64,000 bases of DNA from Vicinamibacterales bacterium. GTDB lineage: Bacteria; Acidobacteriota; Vicinamibacteria; Vicinamibacterales; JAMQPK01. Below, in pieces: positions 11,025 to 19,285 of this stretch. The notes under the pieces are model-generated. The model had not been told where the DNA came from. It made no database searches and saw only the letters and a program-made list of their open reading frames with translations. Location: positions 68,113 through 132,112 of the forward strand of contig CAWGDY010000013.1 in assembly GCA_963821395.1 (NCBI GenBank), given 5' to 3'. The stretch's first letter is position 1, and each line of letters starts with the position of its first letter. The position numbers and the translations under genes are program-made.

Positions 11025-11909
11025 TCACCCACGCCCGTCGTCACGCTTCGCCAGTCTGGCCGCTAACAGCACCGCCTGCACCATGCTCTCGGGATCCGCA
11101 ATCCCCTTCCCCGCGATGTCGAATGCCGTCCCGTGATCGACCGACGTACGGATGATCGGCAGACCGAGCGTGACGTTCACCGCCTGGCCGAACGCCACCA
11201 TCTTGATCGGGATCAGGCCCTGATCGTGGTAGCACGCAATCACGGCGTCGAACTCGCCTCGCATCGCACGCAGAAAGATCGTATCGCCGGGGAACGGGCC
11301 GGCGACGTCGATGCCCGCCCTCGCGCTGCGGGCAACCGCGGGTTCGAGCACATGCGATTCTTCGATCCCGAGGACACCGTGCTCGCCCGCGTGCGGGTTG
11401 AGGCCCGCCAGTGCGATACGCGGGCGCGCGATGCCAAAGCGCGGCAGCTCGCGCCAGGTGAGGTCGATGATGTCCATCACCGATTCGATCGTCAGCGCCG
11501 ACGGAACCCGCGCGAGCGGAATGTGAATGGTCGCCAGCACCACGCGCAGCTTCTCCGACCAGAACATCATCGCCACGCGCTTTGTGTGGGTGAGGTCGGC
11601 CAGCATCTCCGTATGCCCGCGCCAGGGCAGGCCGGCCAGCGCCAGCGCCTCCTTGTTGATAGGCGCGGTGGCGATCCCGGCAATGCCGCCCGCCTCTGCG
11701 TCGCGCACCGCGCGCACGATGGTCTCGTACGCCGCATATCCAGCCTCAGCCGAAAGCACGCCTGGCGGAAACTCGTGTTCGGGACCATAGAAAAGCGGGA
11801 CACACGCCGCGACGACGCGCGGGTCGCTCATGGCCTTGCGAGCGATCTCGGGACCGATGCCGGCCGGATCGCCGGCGGTTATTCCGATTCGCGGCAACGA
11901 CATTTTCAA
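11025..11909 (-). CDS. pdxA: 4-hydroxythreonine-4-phosphate dehydrogenase
   Basis: IGITAGDPAGIGPEI, GHTEMLA, LAGLNPHAGEHG and SVDHGTAFDIAGKGIADPESM motifs. Confidence 0.9.
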   Translation of the reverse strand: MKMSLPRIGITAGDPAGIGPEIARKAMSDPRVVAACVPLFYGPEHEFPPGVLSAEAGYAAYETIVRAVRDAEAGGIAGIATAPINKEALALAGLPWRGHTEMLADLTHTKRVAMMFWSEKLRVVLATIHIPLARVPSALTIESVMDIIDLTWRELPRFGIARPRIALAGLNPHAGEHGVLGIEESHVLEPAVARSARAGIDVAGPFPGDTIFLRAMRGEFDAVIACYHDQGLIPIKMVAFGQAVNVTLGLPIIRTSVDHGTAFDIAGKGIADPESMVQAVLLAARLAKRDDGRG

Positions 11910-12206
11910 CAGGAGATTAAGAGATCAGGAGGATCTTCGGAAGAGTCATACGAGTCCGTACTGGCGGCAGCGGCCGGCAGCGCCGGGACGGCAAACAATG
12001 AAGGCGGCGTGATGGCGAAGTGGACAAACCACGAAGCCGGCCACCTCCGCGAAGGCCATCCCTGGCCTGAGCGCCATGACAGTGAACAACAGACGCTGGC
12101 GCCGTGGTTTGCCACGCCGACTTCCCTTGTTTGCCGCGCCGGTGCTGCCGGTCGATGGCGCCGGGCGGAAGAGTCTCGGAGTCGGTAGAGTCGAGGACGC
12201 CTCAAT

Positions 12207-12995
12207 TCATGCGCCGCAGGATCCGCAGCCGCCGTCGCCGCACGATCCGCAGCCGCCCGTGCCGCACCCGGTCGGGTTGCCGCACCCGCCCTCGTCGCCG
12301 CAGCCGCCCCCCTTCACACCCTTCGCGTTCGGCAGCTCGTAGCGGAGACAGCACTTCAACCGGCCGCAGAGGCCGGAGAGCCGCGACGGGTTCAGGCTGA
12401 GGTCCTGCTGCTTGGCCATCTTGATCGACACCGGCTCGAAGGCGTTCAGCCAGGTGGTGCAGCAGAGCGGCCGGCCGCAGGATCCGTAGCCGCCCAGCAT
12501 CTTCGCTTCGTCGCGCGCGCCGATCTGGCGCATCTCGATTCGCGTGTGGAACTCGGACGCCAGCTCGCGCACCAGCTCGCGGAAGTCGATGCGGCCTTCG
12601 GCCGTGAAATAGAAAATCAGCCGCGACCCGTCGAACAACTGCTCGACGCGCGTGAGCTTCATCTCCAGGCCGCGCTCGCGGATTTTCAGGAGCGCAACCC
12701 GGTGCGCTTCCTGCTCGCGCTGCTGCCGCTTGAGCCGCACCATCACGTCGTCGGCCGTCGCCTTCCGGACGACGCGGTTGGGCGAGTCCTCGGGCAGCTG
12801 ACGCCGCTCCATGACCGTCGATGGCGTGGGAACCACGGCGCCAACGGCACTGCCGTCGCCCGACTGCACCACGACCTTCTCGCCGGCCGTGAGGGGCGCG
12901 TCGGCAAACGCCAGATCGTTCAGAAGAAATGTCTGGGGCCGCCCGATGGGCGAAAACTTGACCGAAACGTAGCGGACTGGCGCGTTAATGGACAT
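12207..12995 (-). CDS. PSP1-domain protein (RicT/YaaT family) with Cys/Gly-rich C-terminal tail
   Basis: LKLTRVEQLFDGSRLIFYFTAEGRIDFRELVRELASEFHTRIEMRQIGARDEAKMLGGYGSCGRPLCCTTWL...GLCGRLKCCLRYE is the PSP1 core. The start at MSINAP overlaps the holB stop by 11 nt. The tail is GGGCGDEGGCGNPTGCGTGGCGSCGDGGCGSCGA. Confidence 0.85.
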   Translation of the reverse strand: MSINAPVRYVSVKFSPIGRPQTFLLNDLAFADAPLTAGEKVVVQSGDGSAVGAVVPTPSTVMERRQLPEDSPNRVVRKATADDVMVRLKRQQREQEAHRVALLKIRERGLEMKLTRVEQLFDGSRLIFYFTAEGRIDFRELVRELASEFHTRIEMRQIGARDEAKMLGGYGSCGRPLCCTTWLNAFEPVSIKMAKQQDLSLNPSRLSGLCGRLKCCLRYELPNAKGVKGGGCGDEGGCGNPTGCGTGGCGSCGDGGCGSCGA

Positions 12996-14052
12996 TAATA
13001 GCCAACCAGTCAGCGACGACCTTGGGACCGACGTTGGCGTCGAGCGCGTCCTGCGCGCGGGCGACGGCCGTAAACGCGCGGTCGACGCGATCGACACCGA
13101 GCGAGCGCGACAACGCTTCCAGCGCGGGGCGGCGATCGAGGTTGGCCAGCAGGCGCTCATCGGCACCGCTCGTCAGCAAGCCGATATCACGCAGCACCGA
13201 CGTCATCGCCTGCAGTCTCGCGGTCAGGTGCTCGCGCTCGACTGCGGGTGTCGGCCCCCCCTTCAAGAGATCCTTGCCCCGCTCCAGACGGGTGCGCGGA
13301 TCGCGCGCAGCCACCTCGAGCAGGCGCTCGGCGTCGGAGCGGGCCTCCGCAAACTCGCCGGAATCGAGATCCAGGGCGCGGCCGACGCTGCCATCGGACA
13401 CAGCGGAGGCCGTCAGCGCATCGGCATGCGAGTACTTGTGCGAGCGCTCGAGCACCGCTGCGACTTCGGCCACCTGCAACCGGCCGAAGCGCAGGTGCGC
13501 GCACCGCGAGCGCACGGTTGGCAGCAGCACGTCAGGACGCGAGGTGACGAGGATGAACACCGACGCGGGCAGCGGCTCTTCGAGGGTTTTCAGGAGCGCG
13601 TTCTGAGCGCCTTCCATCAGCGCGTCGGCCTGATCGATGATGGTGACCCGCCGGCGTCCTTCGAACGGACGAAACACGGCGCTCTCGATCGCCGCCCTCA
13701 CCTGGTCAATCTTGATCGAGCCGTTCTCGCCGGGCTCGATGATTTCCACGTCGGGAAACGCCCTGCGCGCGATGCGGCGGCAGGCGGGGCACGTGCCGCA
13801 CGCGTCAAGCGGAATGGCAGGGCTGTCGCCTTCGCCAAGGCTATGGCGACCCGCCGAAGCGCTTCGCGGAGGTGGGAAGCCCTGCGCCACCGATGTGCAG
13901 TTCAGCGCTTGCGCAATCGACACGGCTGTCAGCCGTTTGCCGACGCCTTCGGGTCCCGACAACAACAGGCTTGGCGTCAGCGACCCGCGGGCGATGGCGC
14001 GCGCGAGCAGGCTCAGCAAGCGCCGATGCCCCGTAACCTCCCGGAAGGCCAT
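12985..14052 (-). CDS. holB: DNA polymerase III delta-prime subunit, carrying an in-frame repeat-derived insertion
   Basis: MAFREVTGHRRLLSLLARAIARGSLTPSLLLSGPEGVGKRLTA (AAA+ Walker region), CGTCPACRRI zinc module, ALLKTLEEP, VRSRC. An alternative start lies at 14088. Confidence 0.85.
   Translation of the reverse strand: MAFREVTGHRRLLSLLARAIARGSLTPSLLLSGPEGVGKRLTAVSIAQALNCTSVAQGFPPPRSASAGRHSLGEGDSPAIPLDACGTCPACRRIARRAFPDVEIIEPGENGSIKIDQVRAAIESAVFRPFEGRRRVTIIDQADALMEGAQNALLKTLEEPLPASVFILVTSRPDVLLPTVRSRCAHLRFGRLQVAEVAAVLERSHKYSHADALTASAVSDGSVGRALDLDSGEFAEARSDAERLLEVAARDPRTRLERGKDLLKGGPTPAVEREHLTARLQAMTSVLRDIGLLTSGADERLLANLDRRPALEALSRSLGVDRVDRAFTAVARAQDALDANVGPKVVADWLAINVH
13826..13890. repeat. 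Composite REP-like element, copy R2, inside holB coding sequence (in frame)
   Basis: TCGCCTTCGCCAAGGCTATGGCGACCCGCCGAAGCGCTTCGCGGAGGTGGGAAGCCCTGCGCCAC shares the CGCCAAGGCTAYGG...GGAAGCC core with R4 and R6. Confidence 0.7.
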
Positions 14053-14223
14053 GGTTTCGCCGAATCGTATCATTACCGTAACGGTCATAACAGATCTCGA
14101 CGGCCCGTGTGCCGCCGCAGAACACCCGCAGGCGCGAAGAGCGCGCGAACATGAGCAAAAGTGGGGTGATTTGCACCAGTGAAAAATTTACCCACTGGCA
14201 TCCGATTTGGAGAGGTAGCCTGC

Positions 14224-14667
14224 GTGACCCCGCAGCGGACTCGACGGACAGTTCTGGTGGTCGAGGACGCCATCGCCGTCCGAAACATGCTCGAGGATTT
14301 CTTGAGCCTGTACGGATATGACGTGCTCGTGGCCTCGCATCCGGATACCGCATTCAAACGGTTGAAGCAGTCGTCCGCCTCGCTCGACGCGATGATTCTC
14401 GACATCGGCCTCGACGACAACCGCTCGGGCATCGAAGTGCTCGAGCTGATGCGTCTCGACGATCGTTTCGTCAGTCTCCCGGTCGTCGTGCTGACTGGCC
14501 TCAGCCTCACGAAGGAGGAGGAGGACTGCATTCGACGCAATCAGGCACACCTGCTGCACAAGAAGGAAGGCTACGAACGGGTCTTCAACCGTCTGGCCGA
14601 GATCGTCGCCCCCCTCGCCGGCCGAGCCAGGCTTCCGACAGCGCGCCCCCGAACTCTGGGCGCCTGA
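14224..14667 (+). CDS. Single-domain response regulator (receiver only)
   Basis: RTVLVVEDAIAVRNMLEDFLSLYGYDVLVAS...LDAMILDIGLDD...LPVVVLTG is a receiver fold, with no output domain. The GTG at 14224 follows a GGAGAGG SD by 8 nt; the ORF-track start is 14179. Confidence 0.75.
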   Translation: MTPQRTRRTVLVVEDAIAVRNMLEDFLSLYGYDVLVASHPDTAFKRLKQSSASLDAMILDIGLDDNRSGIEVLELMRLDDRFVSLPVVVLTGLSLTKEEEDCIRRNQAHLLHKKEGYERVFNRLAEIVAPLAGRARLPTARPRTLGA

Positions 14668-14673
14668 CACACC

Positions 14674-14770
14674 ATTCGTAGATTGGTAGATTGGAAGATT
14701 GATTCAAAGAATGCTCTAATCTGACCGTCTGCCAATCAATCTGCGAATCTCCCAATCTGCGAATCTCGCA
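14674..14770. repeat. Microsatellite-armed imperfect palindrome A (unit TAGATTGG / CCAATCTG)
   Basis: ATTCGTAGATTGG TAGATTGG AAGATTG ... CCAATCA ATCTGCGAATCT CCCAATCTGCGAAT. 14674-14686 pairs 12/13 with 14752-14764. It is AT-richer than its surroundings and lies between the response regulator stop and the adaptor gene. Confidence 0.8.
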
Positions 14771-14870
14771 ATGCGGGCGTCAGTCGTTCCTGTCCTTCTG
14801 CTCTCTAGCCGCGCTTCCCTCATGCCGGCGCGCGAGCCAGCGCGAAACCGAAGCAGAGCCTGCCGTTCCA

Positions 14871-15890
14871 GTGATCGTCGAACGCGTACGTCTTGGCAAC
14901 ATCCGCGGCACGGTCAGTGCGACCGGTATGGTCTCCACCCTTCCGGGCGCGTCCTTTGCGGTTGTGTCACCTCAACCCGCACGTATCGCCGAAATCACCA
15001 AGAACGTCGGCGACCCTGTCAAAAGCGGCGAGGTGCTCGTGCGCTTCGAGTTCCCCTCGCTTCGCGCGCAGACCGTCGTCGACGCCGCGGGTGTGAAAGC
15101 AGCGGAGCTTCGCGTGCAGCAGGCGAGGCTGGCACAGACCCGACTGAAAGCGCTGATGGCCCAGGGCGCCGCATCGCGCAGCGAGATGGACGACGCGGAG
15201 CGGGAGCTCGCCACCGCCGAGGGCGAGCTACTGACGGCGAAGGCGGCCGCGACGGCGACCGAGACGCAAAGTCAGAACACGGCAGTCCGGGCGCCCTTCG
15301 ACGGCACGGTTACCGAACGGTTGCACGACGTGGGCGACGCCGTGCGGCCCGAAGATGGCGATGCGATTCTCCGGCTGATCGATCCGAAACAGGTGCAGGT
15401 GACCGCGAACGTCTCGGTCGCCGATGCGGGGCGCTTCGTGGTCGGCGCCAGCGCCAGGGCCGTCGCTGAAGGAGCGGCGGCAGTAGGTGGCGTACCGGTG
15501 TCCCAATCACGCGCCACGGCGACGCCGGTGCTGCTCAGAGTGCTGACGCGCCCCACGCCGGAGGTCGGCGCCAGGAGTATCGAAATCACCCTGGCATTCG
15601 AAACGCCGACCGACCTGCAGCCCGGCATACAGGTCGGCGTCGAAATCGACGCCGAGCAGCGATCGAACGTCCCGCTCGTCCCGGCCATTGCCGTCCTGAA
15701 GGACGATCCCAAACAGCCGGTCGTGGTCGTGGCGTCGGGCGATGTCGCCGAGCGCCGCCCCGTGGTGATTGGCCTTGTCGATGCGGAAAATATCGAGATA
15801 CTATCGGGGCTCAAATCCGGCGAGTTGATCGTGACCCAGGGGCACACCGCCCTGAGGGACGGCACGCGCATCAGCGTGAGCGCGCCATAA
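14871..15890 (+). CDS. Efflux RND periplasmic adaptor (HlyD/MFP family); N-terminal signal apparently in another frame
   Basis: GTVSATGMVSTLPGASFAVVSPQPARIAEITKNVGDPVKSGEVLVRFE (lipoyl-like hairpin), coiled-coil AELRVQQARLAQTRL, beta-barrel C-terminus. A signal-like MRASVVPVLLLSS starts at 14771 in a different frame, suggesting an indel near 14800-14870. Confidence 0.7.
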   Translation: MIVERVRLGNIRGTVSATGMVSTLPGASFAVVSPQPARIAEITKNVGDPVKSGEVLVRFEFPSLRAQTVVDAAGVKAAELRVQQARLAQTRLKALMAQGAASRSEMDDAERELATAEGELLTAKAAATATETQSQNTAVRAPFDGTVTERLHDVGDAVRPEDGDAILRLIDPKQVQVTANVSVADAGRFVVGASARAVAEGAAAVGGVPVSQSRATATPVLLRVLTRPTPEVGARSIEITLAFETPTDLQPGIQVGVEIDAEQRSNVPLVPAIAVLKDDPKQPVVVVASGDVAERRPVVIGLVDAENIEILSGLKSGELIVTQGHTALRDGTRISVSAP

Positions 15891-15957
15891 CTTGCCAGCT
15901 GTAGCCCGCCCAAGCGGGCGAAGGCTGGACGAACGAAGGAGGATCGACGTGAAACGC

Positions 15958-17007
15958 ATGCTTTTCGCTGTGGCCCTGTGCACAGCTCTCGGGATCGTCA
16001 CGTTCTACGCTCAGGCGGGCGGGCAGAAACCGGCCTCGGCCGACCCGTACGCGAACAACGCCGACGCGGGCAAGACCAAGTTCCCGCTGGCGGCGCCGGC
16101 AGGCACGAACAGCGGAGCCAAGGAGAAACCGCTGCCCGGTGCGGTCAATACCGGGTCGATCGATCCGGCGACCTGGAAATACGGCCCGAACACCGCAGCG
16201 CCAGCGGGCTCGAAGCTGTGGAACCCGGTCAAGGCGAAGCTGAAGGCGGGCGGCCGCGTGACCGGCGGCACCGTGTTCAGTTCCACCGATCCGCTCACCT
16301 ATTGCGCGATGGCGAATGCCGGATACGACTTCATCTGGACCGAGCAGCAGCACAACGATCGCGACTGGGGACAGGCCGCGCGCATGTGGCGCACCTGCCC
16401 GCACGCCAAGGCGGTGCCCGGCGCGCGCGTCGCGTACGCCGACGAGCGCGAGATTCAGCACGCAACAGATGCGGGCGCGCTGGTCATCGTCGTCCCGACG
16501 ATCGATACGGTGCCGGAAGCGATCGCCGCGCGCGACTGGACGTACTTCCCGCCGCTCGGCAGGCGCAGCCAGGGAGGCGGACAGGGGTTCGATGCGTCCA
16601 TGTGGGGTGGCGTGCCGGGCGGCTACCGGCAGACCGTCAACGACAACATCGTGCTCGTCCTGATGATTGAAACGCTCGAAGGCGTCAAGAACGCGCACGA
16701 GATCGCCAAGATCCCGGGCGTCGACGCGGTCTTCGCCGCGAGCGGCGACCTGGGCAACTTCTCGGGCTACGCCCAGGGCACGCCCGACTACGAACGTCTG
16801 ATCAACGTGGTGCACGACGCGGCGCTCGCCGCCGGCAAGCGGCTCTGCGGTCCCTGGGCCTGGCGCGATCGTCCCGACTTCACCTGCTTCCAGAACGCAA
16901 GTGAGACGGCCGCCATCGCAAACGGCGTCACCGCCGAGCTGGGGAAAGACAAGGACACGCAGGGCAAGGTCGAGGTGGGGCCGTACGCGGCGCACCCGGG
17001 GAAGTAA
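15958..17007 (+). CDS. HpcH/HpaI-family aldolase with Sec signal peptide and a low-complexity linker of about 80 aa
   Basis: MLFAVALCTALGIVTFYAQAGGQ signal, then a P/A/G/N-rich linker. The aldolase core is LKAGGRVTGGTVFSSTDPLTYCAMANAGYDFIWTEQQH...VLVLMIETLEGVKNAHEIAKIPGVDAVFAASGDL. Confidence 0.75.
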   Translation: MLFAVALCTALGIVTFYAQAGGQKPASADPYANNADAGKTKFPLAAPAGTNSGAKEKPLPGAVNTGSIDPATWKYGPNTAAPAGSKLWNPVKAKLKAGGRVTGGTVFSSTDPLTYCAMANAGYDFIWTEQQHNDRDWGQAARMWRTCPHAKAVPGARVAYADEREIQHATDAGALVIVVPTIDTVPEAIAARDWTYFPPLGRRSQGGGQGFDASMWGGVPGGYRQTVNDNIVLVLMIETLEGVKNAHEIAKIPGVDAVFAASGDLGNFSGYAQGTPDYERLINVVHDAALAAGKRLCGPWAWRDRPDFTCFQNASETAAIANGVTAELGKDKDTQGKVEVGPYAAHPGK

Positions 17008-17010
17008 GAC

Positions 17011-17095
17011 CTTCTGTCATGGCAGATGGCAGATGGCAGATGGCGAAAAGTATCTCTGCCATTTGCCATCTGCCATTTGTCCTAGCAGGCATCAG
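17011..17095. repeat. Microsatellite-armed palindrome B (heptamer GGCAGAT / GCCATYT)
   Basis: CTTCTGTCATGGCAGATGGCAGATGGCAGATGGCG-aaaagtatctc-TGCCATTTGCCATCTGCCATTTG...CAGGCATCAG. It sits directly after the aldolase stop. Confidence 0.85.
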
Positions 17096-17120
17096 CCGGA
17101 CCTCGGGCCGGACACTACGT
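17095..17120. repeat. REP-like element, copy R3 (variant)
   Basis: GCCGGACCTCGGGCCGGACACTACGT, adjacent to palindrome B. Confidence 0.55.
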
Positions 17121-17123
17121 TTC

Positions 17124-19186
17124 TCACCGCAGATCCCAGGACTCATCGAAGAAGCCCGCAAACGCGATCGAGAATCCGTCGCTGGCGGGCTGCATCTGCA
17201 GCACGGCGATGTCGCCGAGCGTCGGCATGCTGTAGTCGGACGTGTAGGCGTTCTCGGCAATCGTCAGACCGCTGTTGAGCACGACGTACCGGGACGCAGC
17301 AATGGGATTCGGGTAGACCAGCACCGGCAGATGGCTGGCCGCCGCAAGACTCGCGACCGCCAACGCGGATCGTCACCCGGCTCCAATCCACCGGCAGGCG
17401 CGCCGACAATCGGCCAATCCAGCGATTGCTGCCAGGATCGCCAAAGAGCACGACGTTGTAGCTGGCGAAATCGGCCTCGGTCACGTCCGTGTCATTCTTC
17501 ACGCGCGGGTGCGCGCGGTAGAAGCGCGCGTACGCCTGATCGAATCGCTCGAACCGCTTCATCGCGGTTGTGCGCAGCCTCGTTCCACGGCGTGCCGGTG
17601 GGACGCACGAGCAGGAATGGATCGAGGAACGCATCGTCAATCGGGCCCTGAAGCCCATGCGTCTTGTGCAGACCCGCCCGCTTTCCGGCGGGCGCCGACT
17701 GCCAGCCCGAGCGCGGTCTTCTCGAAGGCGAGCTCGCGACCCGGCTTCACGCGCATCGCCTGACCGTCGATCCGACATCTCTGAGGCCCTTTGCCGTTTC
17801 ACGCAGCACGATCCGCGACACGTTCGTCGTCTTGATTCGATATGACGTTCCACCCGACAGCCGCTCGCATCGATTTCGGCGCGCTCGTAGTGCTTCTGAG
17901 CCCGTCAATCGTCACCCAGAAGCTCTTGTTGTAGCGGGTCGTGTAGGTGAGAAATCGAATGTGATCGGGCGACTGAAGATCCGCGGTCGGTCCACTCCTT
18001 CAGAGAACGCGTCGAGCCGCTGGCGGACTTTCGGGCTCGTGCTGTGCCCGGTATTCTCGGAAATCAGGAAGATGCGGGCGTGCCCTTCGCGACGTAGCTT
18101 GTCGGCTCGCCTTCGAAGGGAAGCCTTCCCTGGCCAGCTGTTCGCGGATTCTGATGGACGATTCGAGCTGGCCGCGCGTGGGCTCGCCTTCGGGCGGGCG
18201 AGGAATCGACGCCACCTGCGTGTCGCTGTCGCCGTCGTGCCGGCAATCGGCATGTTGAACGCATTCAGCGCCCATTCGGTCATGTTTTCCCAGATGCGGA
18301 GCGTCGGCGCTGGTACGGCGGAAATTCGTCCATCATCACGTAGCGACGCGGCCACGTGCCTGCACCGATTTCTGCGGCCACCCACCGGTCGGGATGGTGC
18401 AGCGCGAGGTGCCACGCGCCCGCTCCGCCAAGCGAGAATCCCGCGCAGCACGATGCCGCGAGTCGTCGATCTTGAAACGCCGCTTCACGGCGTCGTGACT
18501 TCGAACACATCGACCTCGCCTGCCCAATGGTTGGCGTTGTTGCCGCGGGCAAAGACCTCGAGCTGAAACTGGCCGGCATTCCACGCGCCGGTGTTGCGGG
18601 GATTTGGCGCCGGCTCAGACACGATCCGGCGGCGTGCGTAAACAGCCGTTCGCCGTCTGGGCGTTCGCGGGGACGGCGTCGTAGCAGATCCAGTTGCTCT
18701 TCGATCAGCCGCTGCGATCGGCCGTGCAGGACCATGTCGAGGCGCGTCGCCCGGGTTCCGTCATAGCTGGATGGAATCGTGAGCAGCAGCGGCTGAACGG
18801 ATCCGTCCAGCGGAGAATAGAAGCCGAGCGCGATCTTTGCCTTTTGCCGCAGTCCATGGCGACTGCCCGTTGCTGCAGCTGCTTTGCCCGTTCGATGCCG
18901 CGGTCTACCATCTTCAGCGCAAACGTCACATCGTCCTGGACGGTGACGTCCTGCGGGAATTCGAGAATCCAGTGCCGGCCTTCGCGTGAATCTCGACGTC
19001 GGCAACAAGATCGTCTTCTCCACGCGTTTCCTTGAGCGATCGCGCGAGCGGATCGAGCTCACTGAGTTTCACGCCGATGGTCCGACGATCCTGGTCGGTC
19101 AGCTGATAGGCAGGGGGAGCCTGTCGAGCGGCCACGACGATCGACGCCAGAAGTGCGATAGAAATGCCTGCGGATTTGGTTCGCAT
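17124..19186 (-). pseudogene. Secreted alpha/beta hydrolase (esterase/peptidase-like), broken by at least 6 frameshifts
   Basis: The start MRTKSAGISIALLASIVVAARQ is a signal peptide. Fragments lie in different frames: [109 protein letters not shown] (GxSxG nucleophile elbow); FASYNVVLFGDPGSNRWI; SRYVVLNSGLTIAENAYTSDYS. Confidence 0.65.
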
Positions 19187-19199
19187 GCGTCTCCCGTGG

Positions 19200-19285
19200 C
19201 TTCTGTCATGGCAGATGGCAAAAAGGTATCTTTGCCATTTGCCATTTGCCATTTGCCATCTGCCATCTGCCATGACAGGCATCAG
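19200..19285. repeat. Microsatellite-armed palindrome C, same family and orientation as B
   Basis: CTTCTGTCATGGCAGATGGCA-aaaaggtatct-TTGCCATTTGCCATTTGCCATTTGCCATCTGCCATCTGCCATGACAGGCATCAG. It shares both termini with B but has different unit counts per arm (2 left, 5 right). Confidence 0.85.

Noticed and set aside
11133-14154. Long plus-strand ORFs (11133-12188, 12988-14154) overlapping pdxA, the PSP1 gene and holB
   Set aside because: They are antisense to strongly recognisable genes and have arginine/glycine-rich junk composition. I treat them as GC-driven open frames.
15871-16995. 374-aa minus-strand ORF opposite the HpcH aldolase gene
   Set aside because: It has R/G/A/V-rich low-complexity composition with no motifs, and it lies exactly antisense to a well-supported CDS. 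This is a typical shadow ORF in high-GC DNA.
17096-19199. Composite transposon or IS bounded by palindromes B and C
   Set aside because: The bracketed DNA encodes only a decayed alpha/beta hydrolase. There is no transposase, integrase or recognisable target-site duplication, and the two elements are direct rather than inverted copies.
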